Positions 13,569 through 26,559 of a DNA stretch of 40,804 nt are shown here, one piece after another; positions within the stretch are counted from its first letter, which is position 1, and the number at the start of each line of letters is the position of its first letter. The stretch is taken from NCBI GenBank assembly GCA_000934665.2, contig KZ538202.1:62001-102804 (forward strand). Reading direction: 5' to 3'. A program made the translations under genes and the position numbers. The stretch comes from Catajapyx aquilonaris (taxonomy: Eukaryota). The notes under the pieces were generated by a model. The model saw nothing but the letters and a program-made list of their open reading frames with translations. It did no database searches and was not told the origin of the DNA.

Positions 13569-14484
13569 TAAAACTCATTTAATTTTAGCCGTCAAAGTCC
13601 AATCGAATTCAAAAGAAATATTAAAATGGCCACATCACTCCCAAAATCTATTTCAAAACACCGCGACAATAATTGAAAAATTAAATTTCTAACACTTATA
13701 ATCGCAAATCGTACCCACCACATGTTGATCCACCGATAACTTCATCTCAAACAGAAACATATTCCCGTAACTTGTTTCGCAGATCTTTTCATGCAACAAC
13801 GAGAAGAATGTTACTCAAGAAACTCTCTCACCTGTTTCCGCCGAAGAGTTGACTGTGGCAAAGTTGGCCGATAAGTGAAGCTGCGAGCAGGTGGGTCCTT
13901 TGCTCCCAACAAAACGTTATACTTATTATCACGCCACTTATTCCAGCCTATAGGAGACACCCGCTTTAACCTACTTCAGGCAAACGTGACGGAACAGAAT
14001 AGGCAGCGAGGCAGACTCCTACACACGTCCACGTTTTCCCGGCTACTAAATTCTTGAGAAACTTCAACGCTGGAAGGAAAGGGGAAACCCTCCACGTAAG
14101 CCTCACGAGACGATGACGCTACGTGATGCGATTAACAAGTGAGCATCGGAACGCGGGATATACAGAAGCAGAAAATCTAGAGACAGTGAACTTATGCAAC
14201 TTTGTCCAAATTGTTGTCCAAGTTGATGTATTAGTCACTCCATAAGGAGTGCCGAGGAATGGATTCTACGGATCAACTTGGGCAGAGGAACTCCCTGTAT
14301 ACTGGCTCTACATTGTTAAATAAAATGCCTCCGTGGCGGATCAAGATGATAGGTTCACTCACTGTTGTAATCGCGTGTGTCTGATGGTCGAGGACCAACT
14401 GATCCCTTCAGTCCACTGCACTCAAGACAGCACCGACTGGAGCAGGTAGAGGCTGCTGGTGGGGGGGGGGGAGGGGGAAGGTAA

Positions 14485-14516
14485 NNNNNNNNNNNNNNNN
14501 NNNNNNNNNNNNNNNN
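14485..14516. other. Assembly gap (N run) beside a G-rich tract
   Basis: 32 N; GGAAGGTAA is duplicated on both sides. Confidence 0.99.
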
Positions 14517-15633
14517 GGAAGGTAAAAAAAATAGTCACGTGGTGAATAGAGGACGAATATAAGAGTAGGGATATAAAAAATTTGAGCAGCCTTGGCCGCC
14601 TTGCTGGCAGCTCGGCCTTCACCTGGCCACTAGCAGAGTCTCCACCTTCCACTTGGCTTATGCTTTCTTTTTCTGCTTGCGTGATTACCTGAAGAGGCCC
14701 TTCCCATCACCTGCTGCAATGCCTCTCAACCAAACATGTTAAGGGAAAAATTAAGGGAAATAAAAGTCAAAATTGCTCTGGAAATCCGCGTTTTATCATT
14801 AGTTGTTTTTTTTCCACGGCCATGAAGCTCGGGGTTATGTAACTGTATGTTGTGGCAAGGTTTTACATGTGCATGTAGGTACCAAGTTTGCATAGTGCAT
14901 TCATTATTTACCCAATGCTTTGTGTTTATAATTTGTTAATTTACTGATTGTAAAACTGCGAGGACTTCTACATCACACAATACTGCACAGTACTTATAAT
15001 TTTGCAATTAAACTTAATATCATGCATCTCTCTATTTGCAACGTCCTAGCACTAAGATTGGATGTGGAAAAGGGTACTCCACGCGTAGACTGGCAAGGTA
15101 AAATGTTGTAACTTCCTTTTTCCAAAATATTGGTGAAAAAAAAGTAAAGTTACTTACTGACTCTGCACAAAAGTACTCCATTGGTAATGCATTGGATGCT
15201 ATAGGAACTGCCGATACGACAATGCAACGTCGTCACTCGGCCAAGTGGGTTTTTCACATGGAAGAAGCGATAAAACACTGTATCTCAAGGTCATCTTGCA
15301 ACAAAAAATTACTTTATTAGTCTTATTATAATGTCATGAAATGACGGTTCATGTTCCCAACATTAAATTATTGTAACATTTCCCTTTGAATTCAGTGTCA
15401 TAACATTGTATTTTATATACTGGAAATTCGTGTGGTATGCACAAACCTTTAAAAATAAATTCATATTAATATGTGTTATATAGCCAAATCAAGACGTGGA
15501 TAAAATACACTTTTCTATGCTGCGGGCAACTGGAAATAGCTAATGCGCTGCAACATCTCGGGCCTACTGCATGTTTTTTAACCTTGAGGGGATAAAGGGG
15601 TTTCCCCTTTAAAGGAACACTGCACCAGTATTT

Positions 15634-15923
15634 AATAATAATAATAATAATCATCATCATCATAATAATCATAATCATAATAATAACAACAACAATGGAT
15701 ACCCAGTGATAGGCCTCCTTGGGCCTTTTAAGTTTTTATAGATTTTATGATGGGTTTTGATAGTGGAAGGAAACGGGAGAACCCAGAGAAAACCCACGCG
15801 AACACGGAGAGAACCCATTGAAACTATATCCACATAAGTATCCTCTGTCTGATCCGGGGATCGAACTCGGGACCTCAGAGGTGGAAGGCTGTGGCGCTAA
15901 CCACTATATCTCCGGCACGCTCC
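15634..15923 (-). mobile_element. tRNA-derived SINE (V-SINE-like core) with trinucleotide-repeat tail
   Basis: Minus strand has A-box-like ATATAGTGGTTAGCG, B box AGTTCGATCCC and core GTTCTCTCCGTGTTCGCGTGGGTTTTCTCTGGGTTCTCCCGTTTCCTTCCAC. The tail is (GTT)(ATT)(GAT)n at 15634-15696. No clear TSD. Confidence 0.8.
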
Positions 15924-16301
15924 TATGCAACCATTAGTTAAACATGTGATACCGGTATGTAGTACTTTTTCTTAAGTCACCAAACAGGTTCAATCTACCC
16001 GTGTTCTGATATAAATTCTGAAAGTTGAAAGTTGAATATTCCATCTTCTGTTGACTATAGTACGTACAGTTCGTCATGGCCAGAGTTTCATAATCATTAC
16101 GCCCAAAGTAATTAGTCACGATAGACTGCAAAGCTTGTCAATTTTGCCAGGAAGTTAATTGTAGTCAATTAGGTTACGTGATTTGACTATTTAAAATGCG
16201 CTTCGTATGAGAGCGACAACGGGATTATATTATAGGCAAAATATGAGGTGTGATATACGGGTGTGTAAGAATAAATTTACCAAAAATTATATGGATGGTA
16301 T

Positions 16302-16598
16302 GGAATGCATATGGAAGAAGAATTGCATGGGTCCGAAAGGTCATCTACGACATTGACGCCTACGATGTCTAACGTGACAAGTATGGATACTTGTGCATGC
16401 CTGCATTGCTGGTTGCTGGAGTCAGGCGGTTGAGCAACGGTTTGACTCTGGCAACCAGAAATGCCGGCATGCATGGGGGGGTATCCTCCGTATCCACACT
16501 TGTAAGGATGGACATCGTCAACGTCAAAGGTTGACATCTCCAAAACGGATCGTCGCCGGCCTTTCGGACCCATACCATGCTTCTTCCATATGCATCCC
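16302..16598. repeat. Long imperfect foldback/palindromic element (about 300 bp)
   Basis: Nested arms ATGCATATGGAAGAAG/CTTCTTCCATATGCAT, ATGGGTCCGAAAGG/CCTTTCGGACCCAT, TTGACG..ACGATGTC/GACATCGT..CGTCAA and CTGGTTGC.GGAGTCA/TGACTCTGGCAACCAG. Confidence 0.85.
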
Positions 16599-19500
16599 CT
16601 ATAGGGTAGGCCTATGCAATGTTGAAAAAAGTCGAATAGGTATGTATTGGTTCATTGATGATTTACACAAGTAAAATAGCCATTAGATGACTAATACCTA
16701 CAGTAGGCCTTGAACAATACAGCAAGCTATGCAGCAATCTGATGCTACTACTAAGAAAAGTCTAATCTGTTTATGATGGTTGCATATGAACCCCAGTCCC
16801 TTATAAGATTGGCACTGTTATTGTGAAATTGAACACAGTGTGGTGACTGGGGGAAAACCGATTGTGCTATTACGAGAAAATTCATCACTGATGAGTGGTT
16901 GTTTCTTTACAAGCCCGTGAGAGATTCAGCGGCATGAATATGTTCTTTTCAGTAACGCGTAGTACGGATCATGAGCTGTTTACTGTTTGACTTTGAATGG
17001 GTTGTGATGTCTAATAATATATTGTATGACCTTTTATGTGGATTCACGGTCAAAGTAATAGTGTTATTTTAATTTGATGTAATAATGTGCTTTCCGCTTG
17101 ATAAATGCAGCATGAATATGAAGACTATTTATTCCATAAAATTGATCAGATTATGTTCCGATCACAAAACTTTTGTGGTGTGTGAATACCCCTACTGACA
17201 TAGATGAATACAGAGTATATGGTAACTGGAATTACGTCACGCTGCTTCTCTGCAATTGACTGAGTACACATCGCGCTGGAGAAACAATCTTAACATAATC
17301 AAGATAAGACACCTCTTGGGTTTTGCGTAATAACCAACAAGGACATCAATTCAAGAAAAGCGTGCAAAAAAGATTATTCAATTGTAATTTATCCTCAGTG
17401 TGCAAAACAGTATGCATTAAACTCAATGTGGACGTCAAGGACATTCTTATGCAAGCAGAACTATCTTAATATGAGTTTGTGGCAGAAGATGGTTTCTCAA
17501 GGTGTTATCTCTATTTGCATAAGGACCATTTCTGATGTCATCACATTGAACATAAAAAAAAGTTGTCATAGGTTGGAGCACAGCTAGAATACAACATTGG
17601 CAACAGCGTTTTTGTTAGTAAGTTTTATAAAATGCTGTCGCCACATTTGTATTGTTTATTTTCTTTTGATGTAAAATTCTGAATACTTGAAATAATAAGT
17701 TTATGACTCCGTGACCGTAGATTAATGAGATGGATTTTCTCATAGGATACCCTACTGCAAGATATTCAGTATTTCAACACGTTCGTCTGATTACACATAT
17801 GGAAAATCAAGCGACATGGGACAGGGGGCCTGTAAAAATGTAAACAACTTTCACATCTGTGTGTCTCTTCAAAACTATAAATGATGTAATTTCATGACGT
17901 CATTGAGACATGCCTTCTTTTGAAAGAATGATTGAGAAATGCGTTAATTGATTTACAGAACGATGAGTCATATTCTGATCGAAATGAAGTTATGTCATTA
18001 ACTCATGGTTAGGCAGTGTGTAATACTGTAATGTAGTTCTTGATGAGTACTATCAAGTCACGTGTTTTTTGTTACAGCAATAACTACAGTTTCCGAATAG
18101 AGAAATGTTTGAAAGATATATTCTAATACGGGCATAATACACTCAGCAAGCTTCAAACCCTCATAATTATCTATAAATTACTTGGTTGAGACTGACACTT
18201 TTTTATTTCAAGTAGAACCGCTTTTTAAACATGCTGTAAGCCTATGAGTGATGGGAGAAAGACACCCACAGTGAAGCCTGCTGTATGTAGACGAATCGCT
18301 TCAATCCCAAAAGCGTTCCATGCAGTACAGGTTGAAGTCATGAGTGACAGAAATGCATGGAAAATCCTGCATCTGGACCAAAACAGTTGCATAATGGGCA
18401 GGTTTCTGCTGTATCAAGAGTCCGTAATAAACTGGTTCAATTGGCACATTATGCAGCATTTTTGTAGCATATGGCGTGAATCAGCGTTAATTATTATTTT
18501 ATATCAGTAAGGAAATGAACTAACTTGATGTAAACTGTACAGTATGCTTCCGGCAATAAATTACAGGGTACAATACATACACATTAATTATACTCTGTGT
18601 CCATATCAAGATATTTCAAAGTAAATTATATTGTAAAATCTTCAGCACTTTATTCTGCACACACACAGTCACCTCTTGATATATAGTGTTGAAATAACGT
18701 TACACATCATTTATTTAGCATTTTAGGGCAAGTGTGTATCATGTAGCTACCTGAGGATTCCTATACTTCATTTGAAACACAATTATTGTGGGACAGAATG
18801 GCCGGAAAAAGGCTACAGTATTCACATGTCGGGATTTAAATTTCTATATTCAATAGATCATAATTGGCCCCAAGATTGGCCCAGAATAAAAGAAACTACT
18901 TTGGTTTCCTGCTGACCTCGGACCACTGTGTGCCCCCAGATTATTCTCATCATTAGCGGAGAGTGCAGAAAGGTTTGCTGCTCTCTGGAAAATATGTTGG
19001 GTAGTCCTGACCTTAATGCGGGAGCTGCCTAAAATTCTATATTAATTTTTGACAATTATATTCCGTCTATTAAAACATGGGTATCATTGTAGTTTAAACT
19101 TTAAAAAATTACGCAAGACAAAAGCATGTCAGCAAATATGCATTTATTGGATTAGCATACAGTGGAATTGTGAAGCATTTGGAATATTGTTCTATCTTCG
19201 ATTCAAGTTCGCCAAACACTCTTGATTACCACATACCAGTAATGTGTCACTACCAGTGCATACTTTTTCAATCAGATTGAATAACATTATCAGGGGGAAT
19301 AATTGCATATACCTGTTTCTGATTATGCTTCAGCATACTTTTACAAAAGATACATGAAATGTTCAAGGTCATTCGGAAAAGTTATATCGAGTTGATTCAA
19401 TTGCTGGACAAAAAACTTCAGCAGTTCAGTTTTTTTTTCTTTTGCGTTTTAAAGCTCTCATAATCAAGCCATTTAAAACATTTCCATTGTGAAATTTTAC

Positions 19501-20418
19501 AGTATCATCGGTGCAAAAGAAAATTTTAATTTTTTGTTGTTACGGTTCAACGTAGGTATTAGCCTTGTGCATGTGTAAAATTACACTTGTATCGTATATT
19601 ATCCCATAATTTTTCTTGCCAAGGAAGGTAGATACGTGCAAAAGAGAGAAGGTAAGCCTACTGTGCTTGTGCAAAGCATGTGCTAATTACTGTTGCAAAT
19701 ATGCCCGAGTCTCAACTTCGTGCAAAAAAAAACGTGACTTAATTCCAGTGCAAGCAATAGCAAGTTGGCTCATGCAAAGGTCACACGGTAACACTGATCA
19801 ACAAATTTTGACAAAAGTGAAATTTCTGAGGTTCAAGTAGACATATATTAAAGATATCAATGTGCTGATCACGAATATGACAATAAAAATTCACAATTGT
19901 TTATGATTCCTGAGAAATCCGCAATAGTTTCTTACATAATGGGTGTAACACGTAGTACATATGGAGTGTATACCAGTAGAGGGCCGCTTCTATTGCCGAT
20001 ATTGCCGACTAATTGCCGATAATAAATAATAAAATTCACAACCTTGGGTGTCTATAGGTTAATGCCTAAAACTCGTTTTGCTTTCATGCACTATAGAAGC
20101 CTTATTGACGCTTCCCCCCTTATATTTCGCTTATATTTCATAATATTCCTAATTTCCAGCTTTACTATTGTTTTCCCCATGCAAAGAAACCTTTATGCAC
20201 CAAAAACCTCGCCGATATCAGATGTAAAATCCAGCTTCCTCAGATCCTTGCAAAATAGATCAATTTTTGACCTTTCGACCACCGCATCTCATGAATTCTT
20301 GAGAACTATAGGGTTTTTCTGGAGAGGTGCTTTCTTCCTAGCAGATGAAGAACCAGAAAAACACATTTTGAACTTGACCTTCACATAGAAATTCGCGATG
20401 TTCCCTTGTATGTCGTGT

Positions 20419-20481
20419 ATACAGCTTAGATGGTCATAATATGGCCATGTCATGGCCATATTATGACCATCTCAGCTGTAT
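20419..20481. repeat. Near-perfect palindrome, 31-bp arms with 1-nt spacer
   Basis: ATACAGCTTAGATGGTCATAATATGGCCATG-T-CATGGCCATATTATGACCATCTCAGCTGTAT (1 mismatch). Confidence 0.95.
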
Positions 20482-21654
20482 CTCCTAAACTATAGAGCCA
20501 ATATTTCTTTTTAAATGTCATATCCTTATTACTCTTTGAGGCACCCAGATGCTTAATGGCATGTCCAGGGTTACACTTTTCAGTTTTTTAATTGTTGTTG
20601 CGTCATCAGTACACCACAGAGTAGTCCTACTGCCCAGTTGCTTTCTACAAGTATAGGTCTATTAGTTTATTCATTGAAAGCGATGAGCACCATTCCCTTC
20701 GAAATGGTGCCAGTAATGAGCAATTAATGAATGGAATGGGCGGGAATGGTCATAAATAAGCGACAATTGGAAATTAAATGGGTTACGAGTGCTCACGAGT
20801 TGGAAGAAATATCCTCATTTACACCAGGACATCCTTACTCGGCTACCACACAAATGATAAACGTGAGAAACAAAAAAAAAGTTCCCTTAATAAATTTTAT
20901 TATAATAGCATTACCTACGCAATTAATTCGAAATGACCTAATCAAATGTTCAACTATTTCGTTTCGAAATGTGATGGGGAAGATGACTGTATACATTTAT
21001 GATTTCCCAGCACCCCATGCATAACATACAGTAGGCCTATGCAACAAGCTCAAATAAATAGCCATTGCTAAGTACAGCAGTAGGTAGCAAGTACACTAAA
21101 ATATCTCGCAAGATGCTACGTAACACACAGTGTACACTATATGAACGCTATTATTACGATATAATCCGGCTAGGGTTGCAGTGGATGTGTTTGTGTTCTA
21201 ATACATGCTGTGTATAATTAGTTAATGACTTTGACCTTGATTCGACGCCGTAAGCTACAGTACGTGCCATGTGAATTTTACTCGGAAAGGATTGCATTAC
21301 AGCGGATGGTTATTTCAAATTCTTGGTGCCCATTAATGATATGAATCAAGCCTTCCATGTTTCTAGCATTTGATTTAGCAAGGTAATTCCGATGCAACAA
21401 ATTATTGCTCATGCCTTTTATACTCCAGTACGCTTATTATTCTGGCCATGTTCCTTCTCCTTTTCGGAAATAAAGTGCACTCTCGTATATAGCTTAAGTT
21501 TTACCATTTACCATCCACATTGGATTTAGTATTTCAAGGAGGATTTAAAAAGAGCCTACTCAATTAATATTTTAAAACTGTGATCCAGCAACATAGAGGA
21601 TACGTCTTTTAAAACAAGTGTTTACAGTCATAATGGAACCGCAAGTGGAAGGCA

Positions 21655-21720
21655 TAAATACATACATACCGGTACATACATACATACATACATAAATACA
21701 TAAATACATACATACATACA

Positions 21721-21754
<34 letters not shown>

Positions 21755-21760
21755 AATAAA
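21655..21760. repeat. (TACA)n/(TAAA)n microsatellite
   Basis: Visible tandem tetranucleotide repeat. Confidence 0.95.
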
Positions 21761-23403
21761 TAGAGCCTGACCAGGCAAAATGAAAATGCTGATGGTGTCG
21801 TTTGAAAAAAGTAGTTGATCAGGGAAAAGGTGAAACTTTGGAACTACAATGGACTATAAGTTTTATTGTATTGAACATTTATTGTGAAAAATAAATTTAG
21901 TACAGAGTTCTTTTGTTTATTGTCTTGGTTTTTGCAAATGAGACACTTAGGTCACTCAACTAGTTTCTCTGAAAAAAGAGAAAGTTTATAGCTGGCAGAA
22001 TGCTGTTACAGGCGAGACCTACATGTTCCAGTTATAGGTTTTCATAAGGATTCCGGCCAACTCCTTAGTAGTAACTCATTACTTGTTTAGTTACTTGACA
22101 GTAATTAGAGTTAATCAACGTAACCAGGAACTATAGTTACAAATAAACAGTAAGTGTAACGTACCGGTATGTTACAAGGTATTTCCAGGGAGGTTTTACT
22201 TTTTTACTATTTTTATATGCTCTTCTGGAGGGATGGCGATTATAATAGATATCTGCGGAAGATGTAGGCTATACAAGCGTGGCTACAAGTCATGCAATAG
22301 GTGATTTCGCAATAAGCTGTAGTATAGCCTATATGCTCAAATTAAGCGATAGCGGGCACATTTAATACCTCTTATTTTGAATTACAGTACGTATTCATTT
22401 TCTATCAGGCGCAGAACAACTTATCGCTTAGACGATGAGCGATTTCACTTCCTTTTCAGGATACTCCGAAATACACTATTAATGTAGCATGCATATCTCG
22501 CTGATTTTCTGCTTTTTTGACCTCCACATCTCACTGTCACGTAGTGACACTGAACTGACCCTTCTTTCAATAAGTATGTCAGATTCTTTTGAACATTAAA
22601 AATTGAGATCATCTCCGTAATGACGTCGAAATATCAAATATGAAATTTCATTTTGGAATATCGAAAGATAATGACACCTACGGTACCCTGAGTCTAAAGT
22701 GGCACCTGGAATATTATTGCGCTTAATAGTTTTGGTTCTATATCTTAATTGAGTAGCGATCAGATCGAGCTTGGTGGGGGTGGGTATAAAATGGATTAAG
22801 TTGGTCCTCACTTGCCTACCTCCCATACAGTCGTAAACAGGCAGCTCCGAATTCATATTGCGCTATCTTTCTGTAGAATGACTATACTGTGCAGTAAATC
22901 AGAGGGGAAATGGGCACATTCTACAAACACCAAGTATAACGTGAGGCGCTTACATAATAATTATTATGAGACTCATGGACCAATGCATGGTATAATACTC
23001 TCTGTAGTTGGCAGATTTCGTGTCAAGTTGTTTTAGGAAATACGTTGCCAGCATATGACGCTATTTCTACAGTGTGTGCTGCAGAGTCTACCACACCAAG
23101 ATGCCTACAAATGAGCACTTTATTCTACTCATTTGAGGCGAAATAGCACATAATGATTTTTCAATAAGGCAATCCGATGTTAAAATTTGTGCAGCAAAGA
23201 CCGAATGGAATAACGAATCACCTTATATATGTAACAGTCTTTACTCCCCACACCTTTAGCTTTTATCCTACTGTGCCATGTGTGCTGCCATAATAAAGTA
23301 TTTTCTTCCTCATTCCTTCATACAGCATAGCACAAATTGACCGCATTGAATTCCACAACTTTAACTATGACATGTAGTGGGGAAAAGGACTGCACAAAAA
23401 CTT

Positions 23404-23665
23404 TCCAGTATAATCCACTGCATAGCCTACATTTTTGACAAGTGAAGACGGTTGAGTAATACTTGTATTTACACCTGAATGATCTAGGCCTGTAACTACT
23501 GACTGTGAGTGTGGCTGTAGCCCGAACTTGGACCATTCGCAGTTCTTTGTGTTACAGCCACACTCAGTAGATACAGGCCTAGATCTGGTGTAAATTAATA
23601 CGAGTGCTACTCAACCGTCTTCATCACTTGTCAAAAATGTAGGCTATGCAGTCGATTATACTGGA
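23404..23665. repeat. Long imperfect foldback (about 115-bp arms, about 30-nt loop)
   Basis: TCCAGTATAATCCACTGCATAGCCTACATTTTTGACAAGTGA...GTGTGGCTGTA pairs with TACAGCCACAC...TCACTTGTCAAAAATGTAGGCTATGCAGTCGATTATACTGGA. Confidence 0.85.
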
Positions 23666-24893
23666 TAATGCCGGAGATTTCTTGGTTATGCTTTACAGAA
23701 AGATTACATTGAATTCGCCATATAACAAGTTTTACAGTATTGTTGGCCTAAATTAGGATGCGCAATATCAAACTTATTAAACCCTAGGGTTTTCCTGTTC
23801 TAGTTACACTGGTCAACTTGCTACTTGTTAGTGACACTTACCGTTATCGAGAGAAAAAGTTAGCGAATAAGGCCAACTATGGTGAGACGGAATGACTGGT
23901 TTATTATCCATGTGATTTCAGATAAAAGCATTTTATATTCAGCATTTGAATGTCATATTCCAAAATGGCGAGATCAACGGAGTAATATATTAGTTTTACG
24001 ATTGTAATATTTTTTTGCAAGTGCCAAGAATAGCATATGTTCACACTAAATGTTTACAATCATAAAGAGCTTAAAAGGGAAATATAGCCCATGTTCTTTT
24101 AAATTGCAAATACATTATTATCGGGGGTCAAAATGAGATTATGGGCTTATATTCATGCTAACTCTGGCTTTCTGTAAACTGCGTTTATCAGTACGTTTAA
24201 TAACGGAGGGGTTGGGCCCTCTTTTAGCATATCATCAAATACTTGTCTGGAAGGAGAAAGTTAACATGTTTGGCCCTTTATTGTTTAGCCGCAATATAAC
24301 CGTCATAGGGATAGGTCCTCATTGCAACAAGTCATCACATATATGTTGTGTTTCCATTTTCACGGCACTCTATAAAATACGTGTCGGTATGGACCTTGTG
24401 GAATTGATGTACTCGTATAACAGGTTGCCTTGTCCGGTAAGGAGTCCGTGTAACAGGAACGGCCACTAATCGGAAGGAGTTTCCTGTTGTAGAGTCACTA
24501 GTTCGTACATCAGGTCAAATGGAAACGGGTACATGCTTGAGTGTGGTTTCAAAACCGGATGGTTCTGTGGATGACCCGCAGAAATATTGTAAGCAGGGCG
24601 ATGAGAGAGGTGCAAAGAAACCAGATAGTCAACCAACCAAAACCGACAAAAATCTTATAGCACCTGCCGTTAATGGCGTCTTCATCACGCCAGGTCTTCC
24701 TGGCACAGAAAGGGATACGAACTGGACAGAAAGTGACGTGGGAGCACAAAAGAATACAAAATGTATGCGTTACAAGCCAAATTTACAAACAGTTGAAAAT
24801 AATCATCATCATAATCATCATCACGACACCCCCCCCCCCCCACCCCAACACTTACCAAACAATGTCCCATCTCCCATGGTTCTATAAATGTTT

Positions 24894-24991
24894 NNNNNNN
24901 NNNNNNNNNNNNNNNNNNNNNNNNNNNNNNNNNNNNNNNNNNNNNNNNNNNNNNNNNNNNNNNNNNNNNNNNNNNNNNNNNNNNNNNNNNN
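24894..24991. other. Assembly gap (N run) beside a poly-G tract
   Basis: 98 N. Confidence 0.99.
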
Positions 24992-25392
24992 NGGGGGGGG
25001 GGGGGGCGTGATTACGGCAACGGCCAACTGCAACCAATAAACTCCAATGAATTGGCAGAGCTAATACTTGCTGGACTCGCACAAAATGACCTAGACCATG
25101 ACCTTTGAAGGTAAAAATGACCCCGAATCATCAGAAATGAATTCCTCTCACTTAATTAGACCGTGAGGCGGGGGGATACGAGGTATAACTCGTATTTATA
25201 AAGCAAAAAAACAAAAAGAAATAAGAAAAAAAACAGCATGGACTGATGGACGACATAGGGCCTACTGTACCGCTTGGCAGCAACACCTTGTCTACGTACG
25301 TAGAATCACTCTTGCGCTGAAAAAAAGAACAATATTGTCGGCATACTTACGTTTGAAGGTTTTAAGTTATTTACTAATACTAGTACTGGTTA

Positions 25393-25936
25393 CGGTTGAT
25401 TCCGGATATAACAGACTTCAAGGGACACCAAGGAAAAGTCTGTTATAGGCATATAGCCGAGGTCTGTTACAGCCAAATCGCCACTTTTGCAACGAATGCA
25501 CAAGTTTTCTGATGCTTACAATGCACACTACTGCATTTTTTAATGAAACTATCCACACAAAAATGCAAAATAAGCTCACCCGTGAATTATGTAGGGTATT
25601 TTAAAAATCCGTAATTTGCTTCTGCCGTCTCCTTGTTGGCAATTACACCAGAAAAAGTATAATTTTGAGTAACTGAGAGCAGTTACAGATGCGAAAATCA
25701 CCCCTCCCCCACCTCCAGTATTCTCTGTTTCATTCCTGCACGTGGGAAAGGAAGTTGAATGACCAAAAACAGCATATTTTCCCTCCGAGGGGCCAAGAAA
25801 GGGTATGTTATACCCGAGGTGAGGCGAAAATGGATGTTAAAAATACACACTACGGAAGTTTGCCAGGACTGGCCCTTCGAGTCTGTTATAACCGAAAGTC
25901 CGTTATAACCGAGGTGGTTATAACCGGATTCAACTG
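25393..25936. mobile_element. Tc1/mariner (pogo/Tigger-like) non-autonomous element
   Basis: Imperfect 20-bp TIRs CGGTTGATTCCGGATATAAC vs revcomp CAGTTGAATCCGGTTATAAC (17/20), subterminal GTTATA(A)C repeats, TA at the left flank. Confidence 0.7.
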
Positions 25937-25989
25937 CATTTAAAACTCCATGGATAATACTACTGTATTAAAAGGACGACAATGACGAT

Positions 25990-26282
25990 GCACGGGTGTC
26001 GCCGGGATAATCGGAAAATACGGATAATCCTAAAATGGTACCGTAAAAACGAGCTATTTAGAGGTTTTCAATGTATTACTGTTAGTTTAATCAAAATTTT
26101 AATGAAACTTACCATAGATTTTCAGTTTGTCTCCTAGAAAAAGTATGTTCAATATTTCTTCGTGTGCGAGATATATTGACATTTTTTTCGGAATTTAATT
26201 TTTAATATTATTTTCCGGCGCTGCACGACGGATAATCAGAAACACTGATAATTCGCACCCGAATAACCTGGAGTACAGCGTA
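25990..26282. mobile_element. Non-autonomous DNA-transposon remnant (GGATAA-repeat family); related pieces at about 36590-36715 plus 37156-37201 and at 37360-37436
   Basis: Shared end GGATAATCGGGAGTACAGTGTA-like and shared internal segment CTAGAAAAA...ATATTTC.TCG..TGCGA.ATA.ATT. 25992-26030 is the reverse complement of about 37362-37399. Confidence 0.6.
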
Positions 26283-26551
26283 TTTCCTCCACGAAAACCC
26301 GAAAGAGTGCGTAAACTATAGAAAAATAAGTAAGTAAATAAATAAATAAATGCCCCTTTCAGTTGACATGGAGCTTACGTTAGTAGGCCTACATGTCGCA
26401 CCTCGCAGCACCTGCTTGACGCAATCGAATTCTCGAATTCATCGAATTCTCCACGACGGATGGCATGGCGCGGGAGCGGGACAAAACTAAACAGAAAAAA
26501 AACGAATAGGTAAAATAAATCAATGATAAAATAAATAAAAAAATAAAAAAT

Positions 26552-26557
26552 AAAAAA
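26552..26557 (-). terminator. RNA polymerase III oligo(T) terminator of the tRNA-like gene
   Basis: TTTTTT, followed by further T-runs, immediately downstream of the 3' acceptor strand on the minus strand. Confidence 0.7.
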
Positions 26558-26559
26558 GG

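Noticed and set aside
24519..24887. 122-aa plus-strand ORF with His/Pro tract
   Set aside because: No recognisable domain; the tail comes from a microsatellite and poly-C beside an assembly gap.
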